Below, piece after piece: positions 9,801 through 17,536 of a stretch of 20,000 bases of DNA; position 1 is the first letter of the stretch, and each line of letters begins with the position of its first letter. The notes beneath the pieces are model-generated. The model was not told where the DNA came from, made no database searches, and saw only the letters and a program-made list of their open reading frames with translations. Where the stretch lies: sequence record DRR378314_235; one strand, given 5' to 3'. A program made the translations under genes and the position numbers.

Positions 9801-10384
9801 TTGCGCATATAGGCCAGGTTGCGGTCCATGTCCTCGTTGCGCATCACCCCCACCAGGGCGAGCTGGAACATCTGCCGTATCTTGCGGGCCAGTTGCGCGA
9901 AGCGCGGGTCGTTGAGCACCGCGTCGGAGAGGCGGCCGTCGCCCTGGGCGTGCTGCAAGTCGGGTTTGAACAGCGCGGTCTCGGACAGCAGGGCCTCGCC
10001 GCGGGCGGCGCGCAGGTCGTTGAGCAGCGGCAGCAGCACCAGCGGCAGGTCGCGCCGGCTGCTGGCTACCCGGTCCAGGTAGGGTGGCAACTGCAGGATC
10101 GCCCGCATCAGGGTTTCCTGGCTGTCGGCCACGTTGCCGACGCGCTGGTCCACCAGTGCCCGGGCCAGCTTTTCCATTTCCTCGGCGAGCAGGGCGGCGC
10201 CGTAGAATTCCACCATCTGCAGGGTACCGCACACCTGGTGCAGGTGGGTCTGGCAAAAGCGCATGCGCGTGGAATCGTTGGGATTGTCCACGAACGCTTC
10301 CAGGGCCTGCTGGGCTTGATTCAGTGTCTCCTGAATTTCCCCCCGGACCCAGTCCAGCGCCAGATAGTCGTGACGGTCGCTCAT
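3842..10384 (-). CDS. chpA: CheA-like hybrid histidine kinase ChpA (PilL), 2180 aa
   Basis: N-terminal FimL-like region (HQVCGTLQMVE); five canonical HTLKG HPt motifs; HATPase boxes (EHMLRNAVDHGIE, DDGKGID, FHAGFST, SGRGVGMDVV); CheW domain; C-terminal receiver (VVDDS...LLDIEMPRMDG...GKPF). Confidence 0.96.
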   Translation of the reverse strand: MSDRHDYLALDWVRGEIQETLNQAQQALEAFVDNPNDSTRMRFCQTHLHQVCGTLQMVEFYGAALLAEEMEKLARALVDQRVGNVADSQETLMRAILQLPPYLDRVASSRRDLPLVLLPLLNDLRAARGEALLSETALFKPDLQHAQGDGRLSDAVLNDPRFAQLARKIRQMFQLALVGVMRNEDMDRNLAYMRKVFAKLEQVTGEAARGPLWRIADALVEGLQEDAIALGTSVKQMLGQIDRTLRELAADGVDSLERPAPTELLKNLLYYVAKADHDSPRIREVRAGFRLDDALPSEDLVNAERERLTGPDSMAMSSVVTALSEELTKIKDALEQFVHQGDSDPATLAPEAIRLKQVSDTVAMLGLGQPRTLVEEQLKVMEAIVDGRRPPHRDTLMDVAGALLYVEATLAGIGGDNRRPAPATGADLPRHVGQALDAVLRECRAGLEEAKDGIIEFIASHWDHQHLKTVPDRLNAVRGGLEVVQLDRPADILRQCVRFIQEQLMAEQSKPDWRSMDTLADAITSVEYYLERLSDDPETRDDILGLARASVSDLGYPLPEPVDEAETEEPDYADQPDDVEDAPADSLDEPLDEPLDEPLNAPLDEPPVLLTEDAPQDDDALEASPDEAAAPEPADQGGIEEHDEELIDDEIIEIFVEEAEEVLEALDQYFPRWAANTGDETALVEFRRAFHTLKGSGRMVGATTVGELAWSIENMMNRVIDGAIEPDATLIELVRTVHGLIPDLVDAFAHRRPMPYDVTPLQEAAFALADGQHLDAVPSIDRPDAPREPQTDTGPESEQAPDATPPLDDDPLADLDALDFQIPEETEAAGDAVDPVLLDIFRSEAARNLRLVREWLDQIDPDFAEHPLDDQVHRALHTLKGSARMAEINAMAELAEPAEKLVKELVNGGRRADADTVEMIDQTHRLLDAGLARLHDGALTELPGDAATLIERLMQAREALNEHRDGADPHILSVFLSEGMDLIIDTDNLLEQWAEEPGHTEELARLRDELELLANSARTANLDEIHGLAKALASVYSGVNQGRLPFSEALLELAREGHEALMNMMDCLAAGQTVRPELGLVDSLRDLAETPGPDGPGGGMPAPADRAGGGDDAPLDPELVLLFLEEAEDLLLSSSEHLTAWEHGEADSLAALQRDLHTLKGGARMAGVTAVGDLAHELENLYEMAGAPNQPAPAPSLFDVLHRGHDRLADMIDTLRSGGKPEPAPAVIEALRQAMLRQAPDPAAAPDAPAPADGTQGDPELVAIFLEEAHDILESAGRSLDTWITDTGNSLEIQSLQRDLHTLKGGARMAEVQPLGDLGHELETLYEALALDRLPVQPVLFDLLHRCHDRLAEMVDQLGAGQPLTGGDDLITALHDYLRDPGAFTLPAASAEPAPSQPAGADAEPDTPLPDEVDLEILDVFLEEAEELCEIIDGCLVSWRDHPESRDFSDDLKRALHTLKGGARLSGLNELGEMSHRFETLMHNLESQRRDPDENDFQAMTAEFDALNERLVELRRAAAAQPLPAQPPATRETRPEASAQPGVKREERRPQSQPQEMVRVGADVLEALVNLAGETSINRGRVEQSISEFGFNIGEMGATVVRLYEQLRRLDAETEAQIMSTYQKGVDSGEIDGRFDPLEMDQYSELHQITKQLSESASDLLDLKNTLLDRTRDTETLLLQQQRINTDLQEKLMRTRMVPFSRLVPRLRRIVRQVSGEVGKRVAFDVINPEGELDRTLMERVVAPLEHMLRNAVDHGIEDPEQRRGAGKEESGHVSLELSREGGEVVITLADDGKGIDTDAVRRKAIERGLMAENTPLPDHEVQQFIFHAGFSTASQVTQLSGRGVGMDVVASEIKQLGGSVTIDSRPGQGTRFVVRLPFTLAMNRALMVRVGEDAYAIPLNQIEGIVRVSPYELSDYFQARQEGGLPAYRYAGQEYDLHYLGRFVHDVAQPHLDSHSQPMPVLLIRSADHTVALVVDNLIGSREVVVKSVGPQLASVAGISGATILGDGAVVIILDIHSLIRAAQAQQAALPQAQEALPAEPETPDYEHERRVAPLVMVVDDSVTVRKVTGRLLERSGFEVITAKDGIDAIATLEEHTPAAMLLDIEMPRMDGFEVATHVRHDERLKDVPIIMITSRTGEKHRERAFDIGVNCYLGKPFQESELLVTLRELLGETRETSH
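8567..8626. repeat. In-frame 12-bp tandem repeat (5 units) in the chpA linker, encoding LDEP-LDEP-LDEP-LNAP-LDEP
   Basis: Plus-strand units: cggttcgtccag / tggcgcattcag / cggctcatcaag / cggctcatcaag / cggttcatccag. Two adjacent units are identical. Confidence 0.9.
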
Positions 10385-10412
10385 GCCCTTTCCCCCATGG
10401 AACTCAGGCCTC

Positions 10413-11288
10413 TCATTGCCGGCGCCGGAACGCCAGAGTGTCGGCGAAGTGCACCCTTTCCAGGCGCGGGTCGTGCCAATCGGTGATTTCGCCGGGGCCC
10501 AGCACCAGCAATCCGCCGGGCGCCAGGCGCCCGGCCAACTGGTTAACGATCTGTCGCTTCCGCCAGCGGCGGAAGTAAATCAGCATGTTCTGGCAAAAAA
10601 TCAGGTCCATGTCGTCCATCGGTGCCTGATCCAGATTCAGCACGTTCAGATGGGCGAAGCAGACCCGCTCGCGCAGACCGTCCGCCACCTGCATGGTGTG
10701 CGTGTCCGCGTCCTTGAAATAGCGTTCGCGCAGCGCCGGGTCGATCTGCTCCACACGGCGCCGGGGAAACAGCCCGCGGCGCGCCTTGGCCAGCGTCGGC
10801 AGGCTGATGTCGGTGCCCGTGATGCCGTAGAACAGCGCTTTGCCGTGGGCACGGAACCGCTCGCTGATCAACATCGCCAGGGAGTAGGCTTCCTCGCCGG
10901 TGGAGCAGCCCACGCTCCAGGCGTTGAGGGTGGCGCCGGTGCCCCGCTCGGCGGCGAACTGGCCGAGGTAGTCTTCCACCAGCGCGAAAGAGCCGGGGTG
11001 ACGGAAGAAGCTGGTTTCCTGCACCGTCAGCCGGTCCACCAGGGTGGACCACTCCATGGCGCGGGACTCGGTGGCCCCGGTGACCAGCTGCTGGTAGTAG
11101 GTGTCGTAGTCGTCCAGCCCCAGCTCGCGCATGCGGATATTGAGGCTGCTTTCCAGGAATTGCTTGCGCTCCGGCGCCAGCGTCATCCCGGTGCGCTCCT
11201 CCAGCAGGGCCTGCCAGAGCTGGAACTGCTCGGCATCCATGGCGGGGGCGCTCTTGATCGACCAGCGATCTGTCACTGCAAAACCCAT
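10413..11288 (-). CDS. pilK: CheR-like methyltransferase PilK
   Basis: CheR motifs VQETSFFR, WSVGCSTGEEAYSLAM, GTDIS, DLIFCQNMLIYF and LAPGGLLVLG; located between pilJ and chpA; GGAG upstream. Confidence 0.93.
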   Translation of the reverse strand: MGFAVTDRWSIKSAPAMDAEQFQLWQALLEERTGMTLAPERKQFLESSLNIRMRELGLDDYDTYYQQLVTGATESRAMEWSTLVDRLTVQETSFFRHPGSFALVEDYLGQFAAERGTGATLNAWSVGCSTGEEAYSLAMLISERFRAHGKALFYGITGTDISLPTLAKARRGLFPRRRVEQIDPALRERYFKDADTHTMQVADGLRERVCFAHLNVLNLDQAPMDDMDLIFCQNMLIYFRRWRKRQIVNQLAGRLAPGGLLVLGPGEITDWHDPRLERVHFADTLAFRRRQ

Positions 11289-11325
11289 GGTTCCGTCTCC
11301 GGAACCGGCTTACGCCGGTTCAGGA
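11289..11325 (-). promoter_or_regulatory. Overlapping alternative RNA hairpins between the pilJ stop and the pilK start
   Basis: Transcript UCCUGAACCGGC-GUAA-GCCGGUUCCG-GAGA-CGGAACC-AUG. Stem A is GAACCGGC/GCCGGUUC, extendable by UCC/GGA. Stem B is GGUUCCG/CGGAACC. The two stems share GGUUC. Confidence 0.5.
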
Positions 11326-13344
11326 ATGCTCCGGCAGGCGGAAGCCGGCGACTGAATTCCGCATTTCCTGCGCCATTTCCGCCAGGTCGCCAATGGAGCG
11401 GGCGGTGGCGGTGGTACCGGCGGAAGTCTGCGAAGTAATTTCCTGGATCACGTTCATGGTGTTGGAGATGTGACCCGCCGAGGCCGCCTGCTGGCGCGCC
11501 GCGTTGGAAATGTTCTGGATCAGATCCGCCAGGTTCTTGGATACGTTCTCGATCTCTTCCAGGGCCACACCGGCGTCCTGGGCCAGGCGCGCCCCCTTCA
11601 CCACCTCGGCGGTGGTGGCTTCCATGGAGATCACCGCCTCGTTGGTGTCGGTCTGAATGGTTTTCACCAGGGTTTCGATTTGCTTGGTGGCGGCGGCGGA
11701 GCGTTCCGCCAGGCGTTGTACTTCGTCCGCCACCACCGCGAAGCCGCGGCCCGCTTCCCCGGCCATGGAGGCCTGGATCGCCGCGTTCAGTGCCAGAATG
11801 TTGGTCTGGTCGGCGATGTCGTTAATCAGGCTCACGATGTCGCCGATCTCCTGGGAGGATTCACCCAGGCGCTTGATCCGCTTGGAGGTTTCCTGAATCT
11901 GCTCGCGGATGGTGTCCATGCCGTGGATGGTGGCCTGCACCACCTCGGCGCCCTTGTTGGCGATCGCCACCGCTTTTTCCGCCACCGCGGCGGATTCGGC
12001 GGCGTTGGCGGATACCTGGTCAATGGACACCGCCATTTCGTTCACCGCCGCCGAGGCGCCGGCGATTTCCTGGGCCTGGTGCTCGGAGGCTTCCGCCAGA
12101 TGCATCGCCGTGGACTGGGTTTCCTGGGCGGCCGAGGCCACCTGCACGGCGGAGTTGTTGATGGTCTGTACCAGGCTGCGCAGCTGGTCGATGGAGTAGT
12201 TGATGGAGTCGGCGATGGCGCCGGTGAAGTCCTCGGTCACCGTCGCTTCCACGGTCAGGTCACCGTCCGCCAGGTCGCCCAGCTCGTCCAGCAGGCGCAG
12301 AATCGCCGCCTGGTTACGCTGGTTCTCGCTTTCCAGTTCGTTCCGGCGGCGGGCCGCCTCACGGTTACGCTGCAGCATGATCAGGAAGAACAGCAACACG
12401 GCGATGGCGGCGCTCACCGCCCCCAGCCACAGCGACGGGAACAGGCCGGTGGTGGTCTGCTCGAACTGGGCGTTGAGGTTGGTGGATTCCTGCAGCAGGT
12501 CCTGGGAGTTACGGAAGATGGAGTCCGCCGCGCTGGCCACCTGGAACAGTTCCGGGGCGGTCTCGAGAATCTCGTCCACGGACTGGTTAACGAACTCGTC
12601 GAACAGCCGTGAGGTGCGGTCCAGATAGTTGAGCGCCTGCGGGTTGACGATCTGCTGCACGCCCATGGCTTCGTCGCCGGCCAGCATGCCGTTGAGCACG
12701 CGGCCGAATTCGGTGGCGTCGCGGCCGAAGTTGTCCGCCGCGATCACCGCGTTGTCGTCGCCTTCCAGCACCCGGGAGATGGAGCGCAGAATACGTTCGG
12801 TGAGCCAGATCTGGCGCTGGGCGAAGGCCACCTGCTCCGGCGGCGCGCCGGTGTCCACCAGGATGTCGACCACCGCCTGATACTCGGACTGCAGCTGCGG
12901 GATGGCCTGGGCCAGGGTGTCGGCCACCTCGTGCAGGTCGAGCACCGTGTCCTGCCCGTTGAGAATCGTGCCGGTGTCCTGGCGCACCTGATCCCACAGG
13001 GCCTGCAGCCGCTGTTTGACCTGCTCGTTGGCCACCGGCTCCTGCTTGAGGCCGTCCCAGGCCGACTGGAAGTCGCCGCGCGCGGCCTCCAGCAGCTCGA
13101 AGGCGTCGGCGTTACCGGACGCCGCCTCCAGGGCGTTTTTGGCGATCTGCTGCGAGACCACGCGCAATTCCGAGGCTTCGGTGATGTTTTCCTGCGCCCG
13201 GTTCGCGGTGGTGGCCGACAACAGGAAGTTGGCCAGCGCTAGGGCAACAAAAATGGCCAGCCCGATATAAAGCGCAATATTCAACGGGTTGCTGCCCGCG
13301 CCCCCCCGCACCTTGCTGAACACGTTTCCCGGTTTGAACTTCAT
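11320..13344 (-). CDS. pilJ: Methyl-accepting chemotaxis protein PilJ
   Basis: Two TM segments flanking a periplasmic domain; PilJ-type [22 protein letters not shown] region; MCP signalling tip [47 protein letters not shown]. Confidence 0.96.
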   Translation of the reverse strand: MKFKPGNVFSKVRGGAGSNPLNIALYIGLAIFVALALANFLLSATTANRAQENITEASELRVVSQQIAKNALEAASGNADAFELLEAARGDFQSAWDGLKQEPVANEQVKQRLQALWDQVRQDTGTILNGQDTVLDLHEVADTLAQAIPQLQSEYQAVVDILVDTGAPPEQVAFAQRQIWLTERILRSISRVLEGDDNAVIAADNFGRDATEFGRVLNGMLAGDEAMGVQQIVNPQALNYLDRTSRLFDEFVNQSVDEILETAPELFQVASAADSIFRNSQDLLQESTNLNAQFEQTTTGLFPSLWLGAVSAAIAVLLFFLIMLQRNREAARRRNELESENQRNQAAILRLLDELGDLADGDLTVEATVTEDFTGAIADSINYSIDQLRSLVQTINNSAVQVASAAQETQSTAMHLAEASEHQAQEIAGASAAVNEMAVSIDQVSANAAESAAVAEKAVAIANKGAEVVQATIHGMDTIREQIQETSKRIKRLGESSQEIGDIVSLINDIADQTNILALNAAIQASMAGEAGRGFAVVADEVQRLAERSAAATKQIETLVKTIQTDTNEAVISMEATTAEVVKGARLAQDAGVALEEIENVSKNLADLIQNISNAARQQAASAGHISNTMNVIQEITSQTSAGTTATARSIGDLAEMAQEMRNSVAGFRLPEHS

Positions 13345-13395
13345 AACTGGCTCCTGGCCTGGCTCTGTTCTTATCTCCCCTGCGCGGCACGCCGC

Positions 13396-13944
13396 TCAGC
13401 CCGTTCGGGCCGCCTGCATGAAGCGCGGGTCCTGTGCCAGCCGGGAAAGGCTGAACACGGACCAGAATTCCCCGTCCCTCTGATAACCGCCACGCAGATA
13501 CGGACCCACATCCTGTTCCGCGAGCGGCGATTGCTCCTGATACGCCTCGATGGGGAAGTGCTGCATCCCCAGCACTTCGTCCACGATCACGCCGGTGTAC
13601 AGATCGTCCTGATCCAGCACCAGCAGACGGCGCCGCTTCTCCTGCAATTCCGAGGTCTTGCCGAGAAAGCGGCTGAGATCCATCACCGTCATCAGGCGCC
13701 CGCGCACATTGGCGACGCCCTTCATCCAGTTCAGCACCCCCGGCACCCGGGTATAGGCCGGCACCGAGAGAATTTCCGAGACTTCATCCATGGGCGCCAC
13801 GTAAAAGCGCTCGTCCAGCGTAAAGCCGACGCCGCTCCAGTATTGGACCGCGTCTTCCTGCATCGGCAGGCTGGCGGCCTGCCGACGGCAGCGGACGAAA
13901 TAGTCCGCCAGCTTGATGAAGGCGGCGGATGCGGCTGCGCTCAT
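13396..13944 (-). CDS. pilI: CheW-like adaptor PilI
   Basis: YTRVPGVLNWMKGVANVRGRLMTVMDL and GVIVDEVLGMQHF CheW signatures; located between pilH and pilJ; GAGGT SD. Confidence 0.93.
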   Translation of the reverse strand: MSAAASAAFIKLADYFVRCRRQAASLPMQEDAVQYWSGVGFTLDERFYVAPMDEVSEILSVPAYTRVPGVLNWMKGVANVRGRLMTVMDLSRFLGKTSELQEKRRRLLVLDQDDLYTGVIVDEVLGMQHFPIEAYQEQSPLAEQDVGPYLRGGYQRDGEFWSVFSLSRLAQDPRFMQAARTG

Positions 13945-13957
13945 GACACCTCTGTGT

Positions 13958-14326
13958 TCATTGGTCGGCCAGTTGCCGATCCACGGTTTTCAACAGTACG
14001 TCTTCATGCACCGGTTTGGTCAGATAATCCTTGGCGCCCTGGCGTTTGCCCCAGACCCGGTCGGTTTCCTGATCCTTGGTGGTCACGATAATGATCGGAA
14101 TGTGGGCGGTATCGGCGCCTTTGGTGAGCTGTCGGGTGGCCTGGAAGCCGTTCAGCCCCGGCATCACCACGTCCATCAGCACCAGGTCCGGCAGCTCCGA
14201 GCGTGCCATGGCCACGCCGTCGGCGCCATTGGCGGCCTCCAGTACGTGGTGGCCGTGCTTTTCCAGAATCTCCCGCAGTTTGTAACACTCGGTGGGAGAG
14301 TCATCGACAATAAGAATGCGTGCCAT
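13958..14326 (-). CDS. pilH: CheY-like response regulator PilH
   Basis: MARILIVDDSPTE...LMDVVMPGLNGFQATRQL...TTKDQETDRVWGKRQGAKDYLTKP, the characteristic PilH sequence. Confidence 0.96.
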   Translation of the reverse strand: MARILIVDDSPTECYKLREILEKHGHHVLEAANGADGVAMARSELPDLVLMDVVMPGLNGFQATRQLTKGADTAHIPIIIVTTKDQETDRVWGKRQGAKDYLTKPVHEDVLLKTVDRQLADQ

Positions 14327-14383
14327 CTTTTCCTCTTCAGGTTGAGCACCGCGACCGCCCGCGGGATCGCCCCGCGGCGAGCG

Positions 14384-14761
14384 CTAGACGTGCTGGCGAA
14401 TCGCCCCCAACAGCTCGTCTTTGGAGAACGGCTTGGTCAGGTACTCGTCAGAGCCCACGATTCGACCCTTGGCCTTGTCAAACAGACCGTCCTTGGAAGA
14501 GAGCATAATGACGGGGGTCGCCTTGAATGCGCTGTTGTTCTTGATCAGCGCGCAGGTCTGGTAGCCATCCAGTCGCGGCATCATGATGTCCACGAAGATA
14601 ATACTGGGTTTGCTGTCGGCGATCTTGGCCAGGGCATCGAAGCCGTCGGTGGCGGTGATCACTTCACAACCCGCTTTTTTCAACAAGGTCTCGGCGGTGC
14701 GACGAATGGTCTTGGAGTCGTCGATCACCATCACCTTGAGGTCTTGGAAATTGTCAGTCAT
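14384..14761 (-). CDS. pilG: CheY-like response regulator PilG
   Basis: KVMVIDDSKTIRRTAETLL...FVDIMMPRLDGYQTCALIKNN...LSSKDGLFDKAKGRIVGSDEYLTKPFSK, the characteristic PilG sequence. Confidence 0.97.
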   Translation of the reverse strand: MTDNFQDLKVMVIDDSKTIRRTAETLLKKAGCEVITATDGFDALAKIADSKPSIIFVDIMMPRLDGYQTCALIKNNSAFKATPVIMLSSKDGLFDKAKGRIVGSDEYLTKPFSKDELLGAIRQHV

Positions 14762-15068
14762 GGAGAACTGCCTTTAAACCGTGAACCGTTACAGGCCGCA
14801 ACGTCTTTTAATTATGAGCCTTTGTTGTCATGCGATAGGCAGGGCCCGCGATCCTTCGTGTTCCCCCCACTACATGCCACCGCCCCTTTTCTAAGGGGTT
14901 CTTCCGAGGACCTTATGGGTGAAACAGCCCAAGCCGAGGTTTTAACACAGATTCTACATTCAATCTATAAGGCCCTGTGAGACCTGAGAAAAGCGTCCCG
15001 TAGCGGGGCGGGCGACGCACTGCTAACATTGCCGGGCAACCCCCTTCCCCGGTCGTCCTGGAGCAACC
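14762..15068. promoter_or_regulatory. Divergent promoter region pilG / gshB
   Basis: 307-bp intergenic region, visibly more AT-rich than the flanking genes. Candidate -10 TAGAAT on the minus strand (14951-14956) for pilG; extended -10 TGcTAACAT on the plus strand (15021-15029) for gshB. Confidence 0.6.
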
Positions 15069-16013
15069 ATGAGCCTCAACATCGGCGTGGTGATGGATCC
15101 CATCGCCCAGATCAAGCCCTGGAAAGACACCACCCTGGCGATGCTGCTGGAAGCGCAGCGACGCGGCTGGACCCTGCACTACATGGAGCCCGCCGACCTC
15201 TACGTCCGCGACGGCCGGGTGTTCGCCGTGACCTCCGACCTGACGGTGCGCGACGACAACCAGGACTGGTTCACCCTGGGCGACCCGGCCCCCCGGGACC
15301 TGACCGGCATGGACATGATCCTGATGCGTCAGGATCCGCCCTTCGACGCCGCCTACCTGTACGCCACCTACCTGCTCGAGAAAGTCGAGCGCGAAGGCGT
15401 GCTGGTGGCCAACCGCCCGGCCAGTGTCCGCGACAGCAACGAAAAGCTGTTCGCCACGGACTTCCCCCAGTGCTGCGTGCCCACCCTGGTGTCCGGCCGC
15501 GCCGCCCTGCTGCGGGAGTTTGTAAAGGAGCAGGGTGACACCGTGATGAAACCGCTCGACGCCATGGGCGGCACCAATGTGTTCCGCATCGAGCCGGGCA
15601 GCTCCAACCTGAGCGTGATCATCGACGTGCTCACCGAGGACGGCAAAACGCCGATCATGGCCCAGCGCTTCGTGCCCGAGATCAAGCAGGGCGACAAGCG
15701 CATCCTGATGATCAACGGTGAGCCGGTGCCCTACGCCCTGGCGCGCATTCCCAAGGAGGGCGAATTCCGCGGCAACCTGGCCGCCGGCGGCACCGGCGAA
15801 GGGCGCGAGCTCACCGACCGCGACCGCTGGATTTGTGAACAGGTGGGCCCCACCCTCAAGCGCAAGGGCCTATACTTCGTGGGCCTGGACGTGATCGGTG
15901 ATTATCTCACCGAGATCAACGTCACCAGCCCCACCTGCGTGCGCGAGCTGGACCAGATCTTCGGCATCAACATCGCCGGACAGTTGTTCGACGCCCTGCT
16001 GGAACTAAAATAA
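15069..16013 (+). CDS. gshB: Glutathione synthetase
   Basis: GVVMDPI...KDTTLAMLLEAQRRG, MRQDPPFD, NEKLFA, KPLDAMGG, GDKRIL, RGNLAAGG and TEINVTSPTC motifs; GGAG SD; divergent from pilG as in Pseudomonas. Confidence 0.97.
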   Translation: MSLNIGVVMDPIAQIKPWKDTTLAMLLEAQRRGWTLHYMEPADLYVRDGRVFAVTSDLTVRDDNQDWFTLGDPAPRDLTGMDMILMRQDPPFDAAYLYATYLLEKVEREGVLVANRPASVRDSNEKLFATDFPQCCVPTLVSGRAALLREFVKEQGDTVMKPLDAMGGTNVFRIEPGSSNLSVIIDVLTEDGKTPIMAQRFVPEIKQGDKRILMINGEPVPYALARIPKEGEFRGNLAAGGTGEGRELTDRDRWICEQVGPTLKRKGLYFVGLDVIGDYLTEINVTSPTCVRELDQIFGINIAGQLFDALLELK

Positions 16014-16020
16014 CGACACC

Positions 16021-16890
16021 ATGGCAGCACCTCAGGTAACCGCCGGCGACCGGCTTGGCTTCACATTGTTTCTCGCCCTGGCGGTGCACGGCGTGCTGCT
16101 GTTCGGCGTCGGCTTCGCGCCGGAAGAGCCGCGCGCGGCGCCCAACAGCCTGGATGTGACCCTGGCCATGCACCGCGCCGACGACGCCCCCGAGGAGGCG
16201 GATTTCATCGCCCAGGCGAACCAGGTGGGCTCCGGCACCGAAGAGGACAAAAGCGAGCTGACCACCACCGAGGAAGCCCCCTTCAGCGACCCGGACAGCC
16301 GCCAGGTGCAGCTCCAGGAGCCCACCGCGCGCCAGCCGACGCCGGTCACCCGCCAGAAGATTATCGTCACCCGGGCGCGCAGCGAGCGCGACATCGCCAG
16401 CGAACAGCAGGACCGCAACCAGGACGACCCGCGCCGCAAGGCGGACCGGGACAACGTGGACGAGCTCAGCCGTGAGATCGCCAGCCTGCAGGCGCGCCTG
16501 GACAAGCAGAAGCAGGCCTACGCCAAACGCCCCCGGGTGCGCCGGCTCACCTCGGTGTCCGCCAAGGCCCACTACGAGGCCGCCTACATCGAGGCGTTCC
16601 GCCGCAAGGTGGAAGCCACCGGCACCCGCCATTTCCCGCGCCGGGCGCTGGACAGCAACACCTTCGGCGGCGTGCGGCTGATGGTGGCGCTGCGCCGCGA
16701 CGGCGGCATCGAGGAGGTCGAGGTGCTGCAATCCTCCGGCCATGATTTCCTCGACCAGGCGGCGGTGCAGAGCGTGCGTCTGGCGGCCCCGTTCGAACCC
16801 TTCACGCAGGACATGCGCGAGCGCATGGACGTGCTGGAAATCATCCGCACCTGGAAATTCGACGCCAACCGGCGGGTTTCCTCCAAGTAA
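16021..16890 (+). CDS. tonB: TonB family energy transducer (TonB3-like)
   Basis: N-terminal TM with LALAVHG, ADFIAQANQVGSG motif, and a C-terminal TonB_C domain (VEVLQSSGHDFLDQAAVQSVRLAAPFEPF...IIRTWKF). Syntenic with P. aeruginosa tonB3 between gshB and algH. Confidence 0.85.
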   Translation: MAAPQVTAGDRLGFTLFLALAVHGVLLFGVGFAPEEPRAAPNSLDVTLAMHRADDAPEEADFIAQANQVGSGTEEDKSELTTTEEAPFSDPDSRQVQLQEPTARQPTPVTRQKIIVTRARSERDIASEQQDRNQDDPRRKADRDNVDELSREIASLQARLDKQKQAYAKRPRVRRLTSVSAKAHYEAAYIEAFRRKVEATGTRHFPRRALDSNTFGGVRLMVALRRDGGIEEVEVLQSSGHDFLDQAAVQSVRLAAPFEPFTQDMRERMDVLEIIRTWKFDANRRVSSK

Positions 16891-16924
16891 GCGCCGCTGA
16901 AACCACTTCCTGGCCGGCTGTCCC

Positions 16925-16953
16925 TTGCCCTCGCCGGGCCGCCCCCGGATACT
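16925..16953 (+). promoter_or_regulatory. Putative sigma70 promoter for algH, with predicted +1 at the ATG
   Basis: TTGCCC (16925-16930), 17-bp spacer, GATACT (16948-16953), then 6 nt to ATG 16960. Confidence 0.55.
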
Positions 16954-16959
16954 GGGGCC

Positions 16960-17523
16960 ATGGACAACGCCAGCCTCAAACATCAGCTTTTGATCGCCAT
17001 GCCACAGATGGACGATCCCAACTTCGAGCACACCGTCACCTATGTGGTGGAGCACGGCGACGACGGCGCCATGGGCCTGACGCTCAACCGCCCGGTGTCG
17101 CTCAGCCTGCTCGATATCCTGGTGGACATGGACATCGAAGTGGAGGTGCCGCCCTCCGAGCAGCACCAGGTGGTGGCCGGCGGCCCGATCCAGCAGGACG
17201 CCGGCTTCGTGCTGCACCGGGCCACCGCGCGCCACTGGGACAGCACCGTGACGCTGGCGGACGGCCTGTGCCTGACCACCTCCCGGGACATCATGGAAGC
17301 GATCGCCATCGGCGAGGGCCCGGAGGCCACGCTGGTGTGCCTGGGCTACGCCGGCTGGGACGACGGCCAGCTGGAACAGGAGCTGGCGGACAACGTCTGG
17401 CTGAGCGTGGCCAGCACCCCCGAACTGGTGCTCGACACCCCCTTCGATCAGCGCTGGCACGCCGCCGCCGCCCGCCTGGGCGTGGATATGAGCCTGATCG
17501 CCACCCAGGTCGGCCACGGCTGA
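16960..17523 (+). CDS. algH: YqgE/AlgH family protein (UPF0301)
   Basis: LLIAMPQMDDPNF, GAMGLTLNRP, GGPIQQDAGFVLH, LGYAGWDDGQLEQELADNVWL. Confidence 0.94.
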   Translation: MDNASLKHQLLIAMPQMDDPNFEHTVTYVVEHGDDGAMGLTLNRPVSLSLLDILVDMDIEVEVPPSEQHQVVAGGPIQQDAGFVLHRATARHWDSTVTLADGLCLTTSRDIMEAIAIGEGPEATLVCLGYAGWDDGQLEQELADNVWLSVASTPELVLDTPFDQRWHAAAARLGVDMSLIATQVGHG

Positions 17524-17536
17524 TGGCGAGGCCCGA

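Noticed and set aside
63..12612. Long plus-strand ORFs (63-1301, 2328-3926, 3845-5731, 5765-6799, 6857-9079, 10383-11438, 11470-12612)
   Set aside because: Antisense shadows of well-supported minus-strand genes. Such stop-free frames are expected in high-GC coding DNA, and they show no recognisable motifs.
14976..14991. Possible CRP/Vfr site TGTGA-gacctg-AGAAA near the pilG promoter
   Set aside because: Only one half-site matches, and its centre (about -39.5 from the guessed TSS) is off the canonical class II position; too weak to call.
14985..15040. GGGACGC on the minus strand, reminiscent of a c-di-GMP-I riboswitch upstream of pilus genes
   Set aside because: It lacks the following AAAG/AAAA, the upstream GGCAAAC and the GNRA/receptor stems.
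14913..15179. 88-aa minus-strand ORF overlapping the gshB start and the divergent promoter region
   Set aside because: Mostly antisense to gshB and promoter DNA; no recognisable motif.
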